Source of the DNA: Nitrospirota bacterium
GTDB lineage: Bacteria > Nitrospirota > Nitrospiria > Nitrospirales > Nitrospiraceae
NCBI GenBank assembly: GCA_963701855.1
Contig: CAVPBK010000004.1
Location: 224,001 to 288,000 of the forward strand
Length of the DNA stretch: 64,000 nucleotides
Direction: 5' to 3'
Shown here: positions 22,525 to 33,535 of the stretch, piece after piece
How positions within the stretch are numbered: the first letter of the stretch is position 1
Layout: each line of letters opens with the position of its first letter
Made by a program: the position numbers and the translations under genes
Notes under the pieces: model-generated
What the model was told of the DNA's origin: nothing
What the model saw: the letters and a program-made list of their open reading frames with translations, nothing else
The model's database searches: none

Positions 22525-24765
22525 TTATCGAGTCAGCAGTATGGCGCTAGACCGAGGGCTCAGGTGGTACGTGTGTGGATCTTCCCAAACAGGTTCCTCT
22601 CCCGGAGCAAACAGGTCCTGTGGCGCGTCGCGAGCGGTGTCAACGGCCACATGCCACTGAGCCTCCGGCAATACGGGGGGTAACCAAAAATCGACCGCAT
22701 CGGCGCCGGCATTAAACATCAGGTAAAGTGCGCACTGCTCATCTTCGTGGATCAGACAAGCAAACTGTTTTTCTTTCGGGTCAGTCCAGTGAGGTAAATC
22801 CCCGTGCGGGCTGAACCAGTGGATCTCAGCATCCGTGTAGAATTCCTCAGCACTCAGCATCCGATGCGCTTGACGAAAGGCGATCATGCCACGGGTGAAG
22901 CGGAAAATTTCCCTATGCTGTTCCAAACAGCTCCAGTCATGCCAGCTCGTTTCGTTGTCCTGGCAGTACGCATTGTTGTTGCCGCGTTGCGTGCGGCGAA
23001 ATTCGTCCCCTCCCAAGAGCATCGGTACGCCGCGCGAGATCAAGAGGCTCAGCATGAAGTTCTTGATCTGACGTTTCCTGATGGACTGGATCTGGCCATC
23101 CGCTGTCTCACCTTCCGCGCCGTAACTCTCGCTGAAGTTGTAGTTTGTCCCGTCATGGTTGTTTTCTCCGTTTGCTTCATTGTGCTTGTCGCGATAGCAC
23201 ACGAGGTCGTTTAGCGTGAAGCCGTCGTGGCAGGTAACGAAATTGATGCTGCTCCCGGGGCCTTTGCCGGACGTGGTGTAGATGTCAGCACTGCCGCAGA
23301 TGCGGCTGGCAAACAAACCGAGCATCCCCTCGTCGCCGCGCCAGAACCGTCGGATGTCATCACGGTACTGACCGTTCCACTCCGCCCAGCGGGGTTCGGA
23401 GAAGTTCCCGACCTCATAGGCTCCGGCAGCATCCCATGCCTCGGCGATGATTTTCACATCCCGCAAGATCGGATCCTCGGCAATCCGCTCGAGCAGCGGG
23501 GGATTGGACAGCACGTTGCCGGTGCGGCCCCGCCCGAGCACCGCGGCCAGGTCAAAACGAAATCCATCGACATGCATCTCCACCACCCAGTAGCGCAACG
23601 CGGTCAAGATGTATTCCCGCACCACAGGATGGTTGGCATTAATGCTGTTGCCGGTGCCCGTGTAGTCCCTATAAGCACGTTTATCGTCCGCCAGCAGATA
23701 GAAGATCGTGTTCTCAATCCCGCGGAAACAGAGCGTGGGCCCCAGCTCGTTTCCCTCGGCTGTGTGATTGAACACCACGTCCAGGATCACCTCGATGCCC
23801 GCCCTATGGAAGGCCTGGACCATTTCCTTGAACTCCAACGTCTGCTGACCCTCCCCTCCCGAACTACTATAAGAGGCTTTCGGTGCACAGAAGGCGACGG
23901 GATCATATCCCCAGTAATTCCCGAGTGGCTGGCCTGTTTGCGGATTGGCGCTTATCGCGTGGTGTTCATTGAATTCTTGCACCGGCATCAGTTCTACGGC
24001 CGTCACCCCCAGTTCCTTGAGATAGGGGATCTTTTCCATGAGGCCCCGATACGTGCCGGGATGCGTCACCCCGGAGCTGGGATGGATCGTGAAGCCACGC
24101 ACATGTGTTTCATAAATGACCATCTTCGACCAGGGGTGTTTGGGCTGACAGGCCCCCTGCCAGTGAAAGTGCTCCTGCGTGAACACGCATTTCGGCATGG
24201 CACCGGCATTATCGACCATCGAACACCCCGCGTCTCCGTCAGGCACAGACGGATCGTATCCCCGAGCCGGAGCGAACTCCCAGGTGGGCAACTTCGAGAT
24301 CGCCGTGGCGAAGGGGTCCAGGAGAAGTTTGTTGAAATTGAAACGATGGCCGTCCGTGGGTTGATACGGGCCGTCCACACGATAGGCATAGAGTTGGCCC
24401 GGGCGAATTCCCTCAACCCAGACGTGCCACACGTCACCAGTGCGATTGCGTGCAGAATCCAGGTCAATCACCCTGCTGGCCGTGGCATCGTCGGGATGAT
24501 CAAACAACTCCAGCCGAACGCGGCTGGCGTGTCGGCTGAAGAACGAAAAGTTCACTCCTTCGCCACGTGCATAGGTGCCCAGAGGCAGTGGCACACCCAC
24601 TCGGACATCAGCACGCTCGCAGACCGCTCTCACATATTCATGCAGAGAACGTTCGGACCTCGCCGGACTCATGGACGCGTGAGACGTTTCTGCAGCCTGG
24701 CCTGATACGGACGGCATCAGGCCTGTGGGCTGTTCCAGTTTGCTCGGTTGTTTTGACTTGTTCAT
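22525..24765 (-). CDS. glgX: Glycogen debranching enzyme
   Basis: NYWGYDP, DVVFNHTAEG, VDGFRFDLA, IAEAWD, NFVTCHDGFTLND, QRGNNNAYCQDNE. Confidence 0.97.
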   Translation of the reverse strand: MNKSKQPSKLEQPTGLMPSVSGQAAETSHASMSPARSERSLHEYVRAVCERADVRVGVPLPLGTYARGEGVNFSFFSRHASRVRLELFDHPDDATASRVIDLDSARNRTGDVWHVWVEGIRPGQLYAYRVDGPYQPTDGHRFNFNKLLLDPFATAISKLPTWEFAPARGYDPSVPDGDAGCSMVDNAGAMPKCVFTQEHFHWQGACQPKHPWSKMVIYETHVRGFTIHPSSGVTHPGTYRGLMEKIPYLKELGVTAVELMPVQEFNEHHAISANPQTGQPLGNYWGYDPVAFCAPKASYSSSGGEGQQTLEFKEMVQAFHRAGIEVILDVVFNHTAEGNELGPTLCFRGIENTIFYLLADDKRAYRDYTGTGNSINANHPVVREYILTALRYWVVEMHVDGFRFDLAAVLGRGRTGNVLSNPPLLERIAEDPILRDVKIIAEAWDAAGAYEVGNFSEPRWAEWNGQYRDDIRRFWRGDEGMLGLFASRICGSADIYTTSGKGPGSSINFVTCHDGFTLNDLVCYRDKHNEANGENNHDGTNYNFSESYGAEGETADGQIQSIRKRQIKNFMLSLLISRGVPMLLGGDEFRRTQRGNNNAYCQDNETSWHDWSCLEQHREIFRFTRGMIAFRQAHRMLSAEEFYTDAEIHWFSPHGDLPHWTDPKEKQFACLIHEDEQCALYLMFNAGADAVDFWLPPVLPEAQWHVAVDTARDAPQDLFAPGEEPVWEDPHTYHLSPRSSAILLTR

Positions 24766-24804
24766 CGGCGGTCTTCTGTCGTCCTACTCCCGTACGAAGT
24801 TCCG

Positions 24805-27351
24805 TCACCGCTGCCAGAGAATGCGATCGACTTCCAGGGGGACCGCCACACCGGAGCAGTGCGGGATGATGCGCGCCGTATAGTCCGTCGCGAAACGGGC
24901 CGCCGAAACGGATGCACGATAAATCCCCCCGCGCGACTCGCAGGCCAATGGCCGGACGCACGTCATCTCCAGTCGGATCGGATCGCTGCCATTGATTCCA
25001 TCGGCATACAGCTCGACCCGCACGGCCTTCGGGTCGAGGTCGTTGAGATACACCTCTGCCTCAAAGATATGCTGGGCCGCCGTTGTCTGGACCGTCATGT
25101 CGCCGAAATGTAGCGTGCCCCATTTCCCTTTCAGCGTCTGCTCCCAATTGACCACCGCTCTGCCGACCGCACTGTTCTCAGCAGCCCGTTCACGGTAGGC
25201 AGCGGCGGCCGGAAGGTAGTGTCGCTCCACGTATTCGCGCACCGAGCGGTTGGTGGAGAAGTGCGGAGTCAACCGCGCCATGCTTTCCCGCATCCGTGCC
25301 ACCCAGGCGCTGGGGATACCCTCCCCGTCGCGAGCATAAAACTCCGGGATCACCTCGCGTTCGAGTAAGTCATAGAGGGTGTCGGCTTCGATCGCGTCCC
25401 AGGCCGGGTCATCACCATGTTCCTGGCCGTCCCCCAATGCCCACCCTACGTCAGGTGTATAGGCTTCTGCCCACCAGCCGTCCAATTCCGAGAGATTGAG
25501 GCCGCCATTGACGAGCACCTTCATGCCGCTGGTGCCACAGGCCTCCCAGGGGCGTCGTGGGGTGTTCAGCCAGACGTCCGCCCCCTGCACCAGGTGCTCG
25601 GCCAGCAGCGTGTCGTAGTCACTCAGGAACATGATGTGGGAGCGGGTCTCTGGCTGGCGGATGAACTGGATCCATTCCTGAATCAGAGCCTGTCCTGCCC
25701 GATCCTCCGGATGGGCCTTGCCCGCGATAATGAGTTGCACCGGTCGCTGCGAATTCGTCAGCAGTCGCAGCAACCGTCCCGGGTCGTGCAGCAGCAGATT
25801 CGGTCTCTTATAGGTCGCGAACCGGCGGGCAAAGCCCAGTGTCAAAGCATTGGGGTCGAAGAGATGTGTCGCCCCCTCCACCGCCTCTGGCGATGCGCCG
25901 GAGGCGGCTAGTAGCCGGGACAATCGCTCGCGGGCGTAGTCGATGAGGGAATTACGGGCGGTGGTGCGTAGCTGCCAGAGCTGCGCGTCCGAGATGTGGC
26001 GCATAGCCGGCTCCACGTGTTCCGTCGTTCCCCGCCAGCGTTCTTTGCCACAGGCCGCCGTCCAGAGCTCGTCAGCGGCCGCTGAGTCCCAGCTCGACAT
26101 ATGGACACCGTTGGTCACGTGTCCTACCGGGACCTCGCTCTCGGGCCAACGGGAAAAGAGTGGCTGAAAGAGGCGTCGGCTCACCTGGCCATGCAAACGG
26201 CTCACGCCATTGGCCGCCCCGCTCCCCCGGATGGCCAGATAGGCCATATTGAACGGTTCCGACGAGTCGTTCGGGTTCTGGCGGCCCAAGGCCAGCATCT
26301 CGTGGACGGGGATGCCGAGTTTCTGCTCGGCATACCCCCCGAGGTATTGCTTGATGAGCGCCGGAGCAAACCGGTCAAAGCCCGCGGCCACTGCCGTGTG
26401 GGTGGTGAAGAGGTTCCCCGCTCGCGTGACGGCCAGCGCGACGTCGAAGGGCTGCCCAGTCTCGTGCATGAAACTGCCGGCGCGTTCCAACACGGCGAAG
26501 GCCGCATGGCCTTCATTCAAGTGACAGACTTCCGGCTGAATGCCGAGCGCTGTGAGCAGGCGCCATCCACCGATCCCGAGCAGCAGTTCCTGTTTGAGGC
26601 GCAGCTCCGGCCCGCCGCCATAGAGCTCGCTGGTAATGCCTCGATGCGCGGGGAAGTTCGCCGCGTCATTGCTGTCCAGCAGATACAGCTTCACTCGGCC
26701 GACCTGGACTTGCCAGGCGCGCAGCCAGACCGAGTAACCCGGTAACGCGATCTCCAGCCGCAACCACTCGCCGTTCGCTTGGCGCAACGGCGTGATCGGC
26801 AATTGTCCGGGGTCGTTATACGGGAAGAGGGCCTCTTGCGCACCGTCCTTGTCGATCACCTGGCGAAAATAGCCTTGCTGGTACAGCAGTCCCACGCCGA
26901 CCACCGGGGCGCCCAGATCGCTGGCGGCTTTGAGCTGATCGCCGGCCACGTTACCCAGCCCACCCGAGTAGATGGGCAACGCTTCGCTCAACATAAATTC
27001 CATGCTGAAATACGCCACACAGGTCAACGGAGAATGCGGGTAGCTGTGCTGAAACCACGCGGGCGCCTCCGCTGCATCGCGCCTGGTTTGCACCAGATCA
27101 TCAACGTGTGTACGGAAAGCTGGATCGCCTAACACGCGCTCGATCTGGTCACGCGAGACCGTCTGGAGGACCACCCAGGGGTTATGCGTGATCGCCCAGA
27201 GTTCGGGATCAAGCTGCCGCCACACTTCGTCAGTCGCATGATTCCACGACGAACGCAGATCCAGGGCCAGCTCGGCCAGGGCATCGAACCCTTCAATTTC
27301 CGTCGGTAGTAGATGGTAGATCGGGTGGCTGGCACGGGTATGTGTGCTCAT
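24805..27351 (-). CDS. glgP: Alpha-glucan (glycogen) phosphorylase
   Basis: YSGGLGNVAGD, HLNEGH, FARRFATYKR, and the PLP lysine motif EACGTSGMK. Confidence 0.97.
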   Translation of the reverse strand: MSTHTRASHPIYHLLPTEIEGFDALAELALDLRSSWNHATDEVWRQLDPELWAITHNPWVVLQTVSRDQIERVLGDPAFRTHVDDLVQTRRDAAEAPAWFQHSYPHSPLTCVAYFSMEFMLSEALPIYSGGLGNVAGDQLKAASDLGAPVVGVGLLYQQGYFRQVIDKDGAQEALFPYNDPGQLPITPLRQANGEWLRLEIALPGYSVWLRAWQVQVGRVKLYLLDSNDAANFPAHRGITSELYGGGPELRLKQELLLGIGGWRLLTALGIQPEVCHLNEGHAAFAVLERAGSFMHETGQPFDVALAVTRAGNLFTTHTAVAAGFDRFAPALIKQYLGGYAEQKLGIPVHEMLALGRQNPNDSSEPFNMAYLAIRGSGAANGVSRLHGQVSRRLFQPLFSRWPESEVPVGHVTNGVHMSSWDSAAADELWTAACGKERWRGTTEHVEPAMRHISDAQLWQLRTTARNSLIDYARERLSRLLAASGASPEAVEGATHLFDPNALTLGFARRFATYKRPNLLLHDPGRLLRLLTNSQRPVQLIIAGKAHPEDRAGQALIQEWIQFIRQPETRSHIMFLSDYDTLLAEHLVQGADVWLNTPRRPWEACGTSGMKVLVNGGLNLSELDGWWAEAYTPDVGWALGDGQEHGDDPAWDAIEADTLYDLLEREVIPEFYARDGEGIPSAWVARMRESMARLTPHFSTNRSVREYVERHYLPAAAAYRERAAENSAVGRAVVNWEQTLKGKWGTLHFGDMTVQTTAAQHIFEAEVYLNDLDPKAVRVELYADGINGSDPIRLEMTCVRPLACESRGGIYRASVSAARFATDYTARIIPHCSGVAVPLEVDRILWQR

Positions 27352-27392
27352 ATATTTTCCTTCCGTGTTGGCTCGGACGGAATCCCTGACCG

Positions 27393-28613
27393 CTACGGGG
27401 TTGCCGCCAACGCATGAGAGAGTGCTTCTTTACCGACGAGGTGATAACCAGTCGCTGGCGTGACGATGCGTACTTTGTTCCCTTCGAGCAAGGCGGCATT
27501 GGGGTGGGTCACGATGCGGTCGGTTATGGAAATCCCCTCTGTCACCTCGATCGTTCCTGTGAGGATTTTGCCCACAGCGATCGCTTTGAAGTGCACGCGG
27601 TCGTCCTCCGTCACCACGGCCACTTGTGTGCCGTGCTCTTGGAACACCATTGCGCTGGACGGAATCGTGAGAGCAATCCTATGAGTCGGCACCGTAAGAA
27701 GGACCGTGGCATAGGAGTCGGGCCAGAGGGCTTTGTCCTCATTGTCGATCGTGAATTCGGTGACCGCCGTGCGCATCTCCGGATCGAATCCGCGGGCGAC
27801 GGTCCTGAATTTGGCGGTGAAATGACGATCGGGCAATTGCGGCACGGTCACGTTGGCCGTCAGGCCTGGGTTGAGGTAGGCTCCGAACGACTCCGGCATG
27901 TTGACAAATAGGCGCATCCTGCTGACGTCGGCCACAGTAAAGAGGTTGGCGCCCGTGTGGCGATTCGTGATATTGCCTTCCTTCGTGACGTAGTCACCGA
28001 CGTTGACATTGCGTACGGTCACTACGCCGTCGTAGGGCGCGATGATCGTCTTGAACCGGATCATCGCCTCGAAGTTCTTGACGTTCTGCTCCGCTGCGCT
28101 GACCTTCGCCGCTTGGGCTCTTGCCTCCGCCACCTTCACTGTGATCGACTGTTCGGAAACCGCATGGCTTCTGCGCATTGCCACCCAGCGCTTCGCTGTG
28201 ATGTCGGCGAGACCATAGAGGGCGCGCTCCGACGCCAGATCGGCCTGGACCTGTGCATATTGAGCGTCGAGGGCCGGCGCGTTGATATCGGCGAGGATGT
28301 CGCCTTTCTTCACCAGCGCGCCGTAGTCCGCGTACCACATTTTCACATAGCCCGAGACCTGCGCGTAGATCGGCGCCTCAAACCAGGCCACAATATTGCC
28401 TGGGAGCGTAATGGTTTCGGTCGGCGCCATTGGCTGTGCATTGGTGACGGCCACGGTGCGCACGGCGTTTTCGAGCGTCTGCTCGTGCACCGCAGCGGTG
28501 TCGAGCTTGCTCTCAGAGATCCGATAGCCGCCGTACAGCACGCACAGGAGGATCACTGAAATTGTGACGAGTGCCACACGTCTTTCACGCAGGGTCTTCA
28601 TGAGGATGTTCAT
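27393..28613 (-). CDS. RND efflux membrane-fusion (periplasmic adaptor) subunit
   Basis: N-terminal TM; lipoyl-like halves IYAQVSGYV...GALVKKGDILA and IIAPYDGVVTVRNVNVGDYV. Confidence 0.92.
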   Translation of the reverse strand: MNILMKTLRERRVALVTISVILLCVLYGGYRISESKLDTAAVHEQTLENAVRTVAVTNAQPMAPTETITLPGNIVAWFEAPIYAQVSGYVKMWYADYGALVKKGDILADINAPALDAQYAQVQADLASERALYGLADITAKRWVAMRRSHAVSEQSITVKVAEARAQAAKVSAAEQNVKNFEAMIRFKTIIAPYDGVVTVRNVNVGDYVTKEGNITNRHTGANLFTVADVSRMRLFVNMPESFGAYLNPGLTANVTVPQLPDRHFTAKFRTVARGFDPEMRTAVTEFTIDNEDKALWPDSYATVLLTVPTHRIALTIPSSAMVFQEHGTQVAVVTEDDRVHFKAIAVGKILTGTIEVTEGISITDRIVTHPNAALLEGNKVRIVTPATGYHLVGKEALSHALAATP

Positions 28614-31600
28614 ATGACGTACGGTCCTTTTGGCGAGCGGCTCGACTGCTGTAGATGATGGCGTACACGCAGGGCACGAACAACAGCGTAAAGAAAGTGG
28701 CGACCGTCAAGCCGCCCATGACGGCCCGACCCAGCGGCGCATTCTGGGAATTACTCAGCGACATCGGCAGCATGCCGACGATCATGGCCGATGCGGTCAT
28801 GAGCACCGGACGAATGCGGGCTTTCCCGGCTTCGACCGCGGCCCGCAGCGCGTCGCCGTGCTCTGCAAGCTGTTCGCGGGCATAGGCCACGACGAGAATC
28901 GAATTGGCGGTCGCCATGCCCATCGTCATAATGGCGCCCGTCAGCGCCGGCACTGAAATATTTGTGTGTGTCAGGAACAGCGACCATGCGATGCCCGCCA
29001 ATGCACCGGGCAAGGCCGTAATGATGATGAAGGGGTCGAGCCACGATTGGAAGTTGCCGACGAGCAGGAGATAGATGAGCACGACCGCGGCGATGAGACC
29101 GACCACCAATTCGACATAGGCCGATGTGCATTGATTCGGCCTGGCCATGGATTGTGAGCGCTGCGCCACGGGGTAACTCTTTCTCCATGCGTGTCGCGAC
29201 CTGCTCGACATCTGCCAGCACGCCCCCGAGGTCGCGCCCTTCGGCGGACACATAGATGTCGAACAGCGGCATAATGCTCGCGTGCGTGACCTGGCCAGGC
29301 GTTCCGACCGATGAAACCGAGGCGACATTGCCGAGCAGATGCGTTTTATTTTCCACAGAGTTGAGATTGCCCAGATCGACAGGGATGGTCATCAGATCTT
29401 GAATACTCGTGAGTTGCGGCTGCGGGGTATAGATGTTGACCTGGTAGGAGAGGCCGGTCTTGCGATCGAGCCAATATTGCTGGTCGACCTGTTGGGTGCC
29501 GGACGTCGAAAAGAGCAGATTGTCGGCGATGTCCAATTCGGTCATCTGTATGCTGAGTCCGAAACTGCGATGGCCTTCGACGAAAAGGGTCGGCGTGTGC
29601 ATCGTCTGCTGGATCGTCACGTCGCTGGTGCCATCGATCTTGCTCAACTCACCCGCCAATTTGCGTACGAACTCGTAGTTGGCTTGCATCTCCATGCCGT
29701 TGATCTGGACATCGATCGGCGAGGGCGAGCCGAAGTTGAGAATCTTCGCGGTCAGATCAGCCGGCTGGAACGTGAATTCGGTGCCCGGATAGCGCTCATT
29801 CAAGCCTTTGCGGAGCGTGTGCCGATAGTCCCAGACCGGCGACCTCTCATTCTTCAAAGAGATCGTCAGGTCGCAATCCTGCGTGCCAATCGTCGGCGTC
29901 GGAATGAAGGCGAGGTTATGCGGTCCGACCGGCAGCCCGCAATTGCTGATGATGCCTTCGATCTGACCGGGCAACATCTCCGCGATGTCGTTTGAGACGA
30001 GGGACGCGACGCGGCTTGAGACCTCCAGGCGCGTGCCGAGCGGCGTCCGCATATGCATCTGCAAGGTCCCCGACTTGATCTCGGGGAAGAAGTCGCGCCC
30101 GTTGAAGTAAAACAGGCCGAGGGAGCCAAGCGCGATGGCCAGAGAGATTCCGACGAACGGGCCGCGCTGGACGATCGCCTGTTTGAGCAGCACATTGTAG
30201 TGATCACGGAACCGCTCGAAGCCGCGCTCGAACCCCTGCTGGAGGCGGGCGAAGACGCCCCGCGGTGTCTCCGTTTCGGGCCGCCCGCCGTGCTCATTGG
30301 CCTGCGGTGCGTGGCGTGCTACAAGCATATGTTTCGCCATGGTCGGCACCAGCGTGTACGACAGGACGAAGGAAGCGAGCACCGCGAAGATGACCGCTTT
30401 CGCCATCGGCATGAACAGCCAGCCGGACACGCCGCTGAGCTCGAAGAGCGGGAGCCAGACGATGATGATGCATAAAGTGGCGACGAGCGTCGGGGCGACG
30501 ATCTGATTGGCGGCGTCGATGATCGCCTCTTCGAGCGGTTTGCTCATGGCGAGATGGGTGTCGATATTCTCGATCATCACGGTCGCGTTGTCGACGAGCA
30601 CGCCGACGGCCAGCGCCAATCCGCCCAACGTCATAAGATTGATCGACTCTCCGGCCATTTGCAGACCGATAAGCGAGGTCAGGATGGAGAGCGGGATCGA
30701 GGTGGCGACGATGACCGTCGCCCGCCCTGAGCCGAGCAGCAGGAGCACGATGAGACCGGTCAGCGCGGCGGCGATCAGCATTTCGCGCACGACATCCGTG
30801 ATCGACTCCTTCACGAACATCGAGGCGTCGTTTATGATTTTGACCTGCACGCCCGCAGGCACCACTTTTTCAATGCGCGGGATCGCCTGCTTCACCGCGT
30901 TGACCACGGCCAGGGTCGACGCCTCGCCGCTCTTCATCACGACGATCATGACGGCCTGTTTGCCGTCCACCAGCACGGCGTTTGTTTGCGGAGGGCCGGC
31001 GAGTTGCACATCCGCGACGTCGCGCACATAGATGAAGGAATTTCCCTTTCTCTTGATCGGGATATTGTTGAAGTCCTCGACCTGCATCGGCGAAGCGTTC
31101 GTCTGGACCATCCAGTCCGTCGCCTCGATCTTCTGGTCGCCCGCCGGCAGCACGATGCTCTGATTCCGAAGGGCTTTGTGGATATCACTCGCGGTGAGGT
31201 GACGGGCGAGCAATTTCTGCTGATCGAGCGACACCAGCAGCTGCATGGGCTGACCCCCGTATGGATGCGGCAGGATCGCTCCAGGGATCTCCACAAGCAG
31301 GGGTCGGATTTGCGTGATGGAGAGGTTATAGAGGTCCGCCGGCGTCAGCGTGTCGGAGGTGATTTGGAGCATGGCCACCGGCACCGAGGACGCTTCGAGC
31401 CGCATGATCATGGGCGGCGAAATATCCGGCGGCAGCTGTTTGACGACCGTCTGTGAAATTGCCGCGACCTCGGCCTCGGCGCCGGCGACGTCGATGCCGT
31501 CCTGAAGAAATATATTGGTGATGCTGAATCCGTAGTAGGAGTGGCTTTGGATATGCTTAATGCCTTCGACCGTTGAGGTCAAGGCGCGTTCGAAGAAAAA

Positions 31601-31795
31601 CGTGATGCGGCCGGACACATCGCTCGGCAACAGGCCGGCGTAGGACCAGACCACGGAGATGACGGGAATCTTGATATTCGGAAAGACGTCGGTCGGTGTT
31701 TGGAGCACCGACTTCGTTCCGAACAATATGATTAAGATCGCCAGAACGACGAAGGTGTACGGCCTGCGCAGGGCAATGAGGACAATCTGGTTCAT
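28585..31795 (-). pseudogene. RND efflux permease (AcrB/CusA superfamily) with one frameshift near 29126 (real or assembly error)
   Basis: MNQIVLIALRRPYT..., LAVGVLVDNATVMIENI. The C-terminal TMs (ARIRPVLMTASAMIVGMLP) continue in another frame. Confidence 0.9.
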
Positions 31796-32009
31796 GCCGG
31801 GAAGTCTGCCATAAGCGGTTTGGTTTACTGTCATGTGGACACAGCTTTCATAAAGGATTGGTGTTGCGCGCCGAAAAGGATGCCACGCCACCATCTCAGC
31901 CATGAAGCCATTGATGAACTCGGATTTCGCTTCATAGTTAGTCGCCCATGGAATTCATGAAAAATCACCACTACACACAGTGCATGGCACAGGAGTTAAC
32001 GCACAGATG

Positions 32010-32189
32010 AGGGCGTGCGTGTCCATGCCGAGAAAGAGCGGGCCATCGAGCTTCGACTGCTCCCGATACAGACAAATGGCCTGACTGATGGCGAGGATAT
32101 GGCACTTCATTGAAGGCTATGACGAGCTTGGGTACGTTCACCAGCATCGATAGGTCCACTGGCTTCCCTGCACGAAGACTCACATCCAC
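32010..32189 (-). pseudogene. pgm: Phosphoglucomutase N-terminal remnant
   Basis: VSLRAGKPVDLSMLVNVPKLV joins directly to AFNE|HILAISQAICLYREQSKLDGPLFLGMDTHAL, then similarity stops. Confidence 0.8.
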
Positions 32190-32199
32190 GACTCTTTCC

Positions 32200-33324
32200 T
32201 CACCTGTACGATGATGTGCTCTCCAAGGTCTGCAATATTTTGTCAAAGGGCTTGTTGAATTTCTCGACGCCCTCATCTTCCAGTTGCTGCGTCACGTGCT
32301 CGATGTTGATGCCCAGTTCCGACAATCGCTCTAACACCAATCGAGCTTCTTCGACATCGTGTTCAAGGCGGGCTTTCGGATCGCCGTGGTCACGGTACGC
32401 GTCGAGGGTTGCGAGAGGCGCCGTGTTGATCGTGTCCGGTCCGATCAGGGCTTCCATGTATTTCACGTCGCTCTCGTCCGGGTTCTTGGTGCTGGTACTG
32501 GCCCAAAGCAGGCGCTGGACACGCGCCCCTCGAACGGCCAGCTCCTTAAACCCGCTGCTCCAGAAAATCTTTTTGTAGATTTGATAAGCCATTTTCGCGC
32601 TGGCAATAGCCACTTGTCCGCGCACCTTTTTCGCGAGGTCTGCCGCCTTGCCGCCTTGCACGATGACTGTCTCCAGCAACGGATCCACCAGTCCGTCGAT
32701 ACGGCTCACAAAGAAGCTGGCCACCGAGGCCACATGTTGCACAGGCTTCCCGCGCGCCGCCCGTGCGGCGAGGCCGGCGAGGTACGCCTCTGCCACATGG
32801 CGATACCGCGGCAACCCAAAGAGCAGTGTCACGTTGACGTTGATGCCTTCGCTGATGAGCTCCTGAATGGCCGACAGCCCCTCGCTCGTGGCTGGGACCT
32901 TGATCAAGACGTTGGGTCGGGCCAGCGCCTTCCACAATCGGTGCGCTTCCTCAACCGTGCCTTTCGTGTCATGTGCCAGGTGGGGGTTGACCTCCAGGCT
33001 GACATAGCCATCATTGCCGGCAGTCTTGTCATACACCGAACGGAACTCGTCAGCGGCGCTCTGCACGTCTCGCTGGCTGAGCGTTTCATAGATCGCGTTC
33101 ACCCCTTTCCCCTCCAGGGCCATGGTGCGAATGTCCGCGTCATACTCATGGCTGTCGACGATCGCCTTCTCAAAGATGGAGGGATTCGAGGTCATCCCTC
33201 GCAGGCCGTCTTCCTCAATCAGACGTCGGAGCTGTCCGCTGGTGATCAGATCGCGTCGGATGTAGTCCAACCAGAGGGATTGACCGAATGTTCCCAATGT
33301 CTCCAAAGGATTGGCGTTCATCAT
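32200..33324 (-). CDS. tal: Transaldolase
   Basis: GQSLWLD, GMTSNPSIF, VSLEVNP, LIKVPAT, NVTLLF, ASFFVSRID, LWASTSTKNP. Confidence 0.96.
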   Translation of the reverse strand: MMNANPLETLGTFGQSLWLDYIRRDLITSGQLRRLIEEDGLRGMTSNPSIFEKAIVDSHEYDADIRTMALEGKGVNAIYETLSQRDVQSAADEFRSVYDKTAGNDGYVSLEVNPHLAHDTKGTVEEAHRLWKALARPNVLIKVPATSEGLSAIQELISEGINVNVTLLFGLPRYRHVAEAYLAGLAARAARGKPVQHVASVASFFVSRIDGLVDPLLETVIVQGGKAADLAKKVRGQVAIASAKMAYQIYKKIFWSSGFKELAVRGARVQRLLWASTSTKNPDESDVKYMEALIGPDTINTAPLATLDAYRDHGDPKARLEHDVEEARLVLERLSELGINIEHVTQQLEDEGVEKFNKPFDKILQTLESTSSYR

Positions 33325-33535
33325 CGTGTCTCCTTGCGTTCCAGTTGTGCCACTTCCATCGCGCATCCCCTCGATGAGTCTGATTCTAGTCTCCAGATTC
33401 CGCTTGATTGTAGGCTCAGCTGTGCTTCGACGATCGCCTCCGGCTGAACGACCGGTAGTGGGTGCGTTCCCTCAACGGACAGAAGGCCGACACTCCTATG
33501 AGTTCCCGCTCGCAATCTGATCGCCACACACGGCC

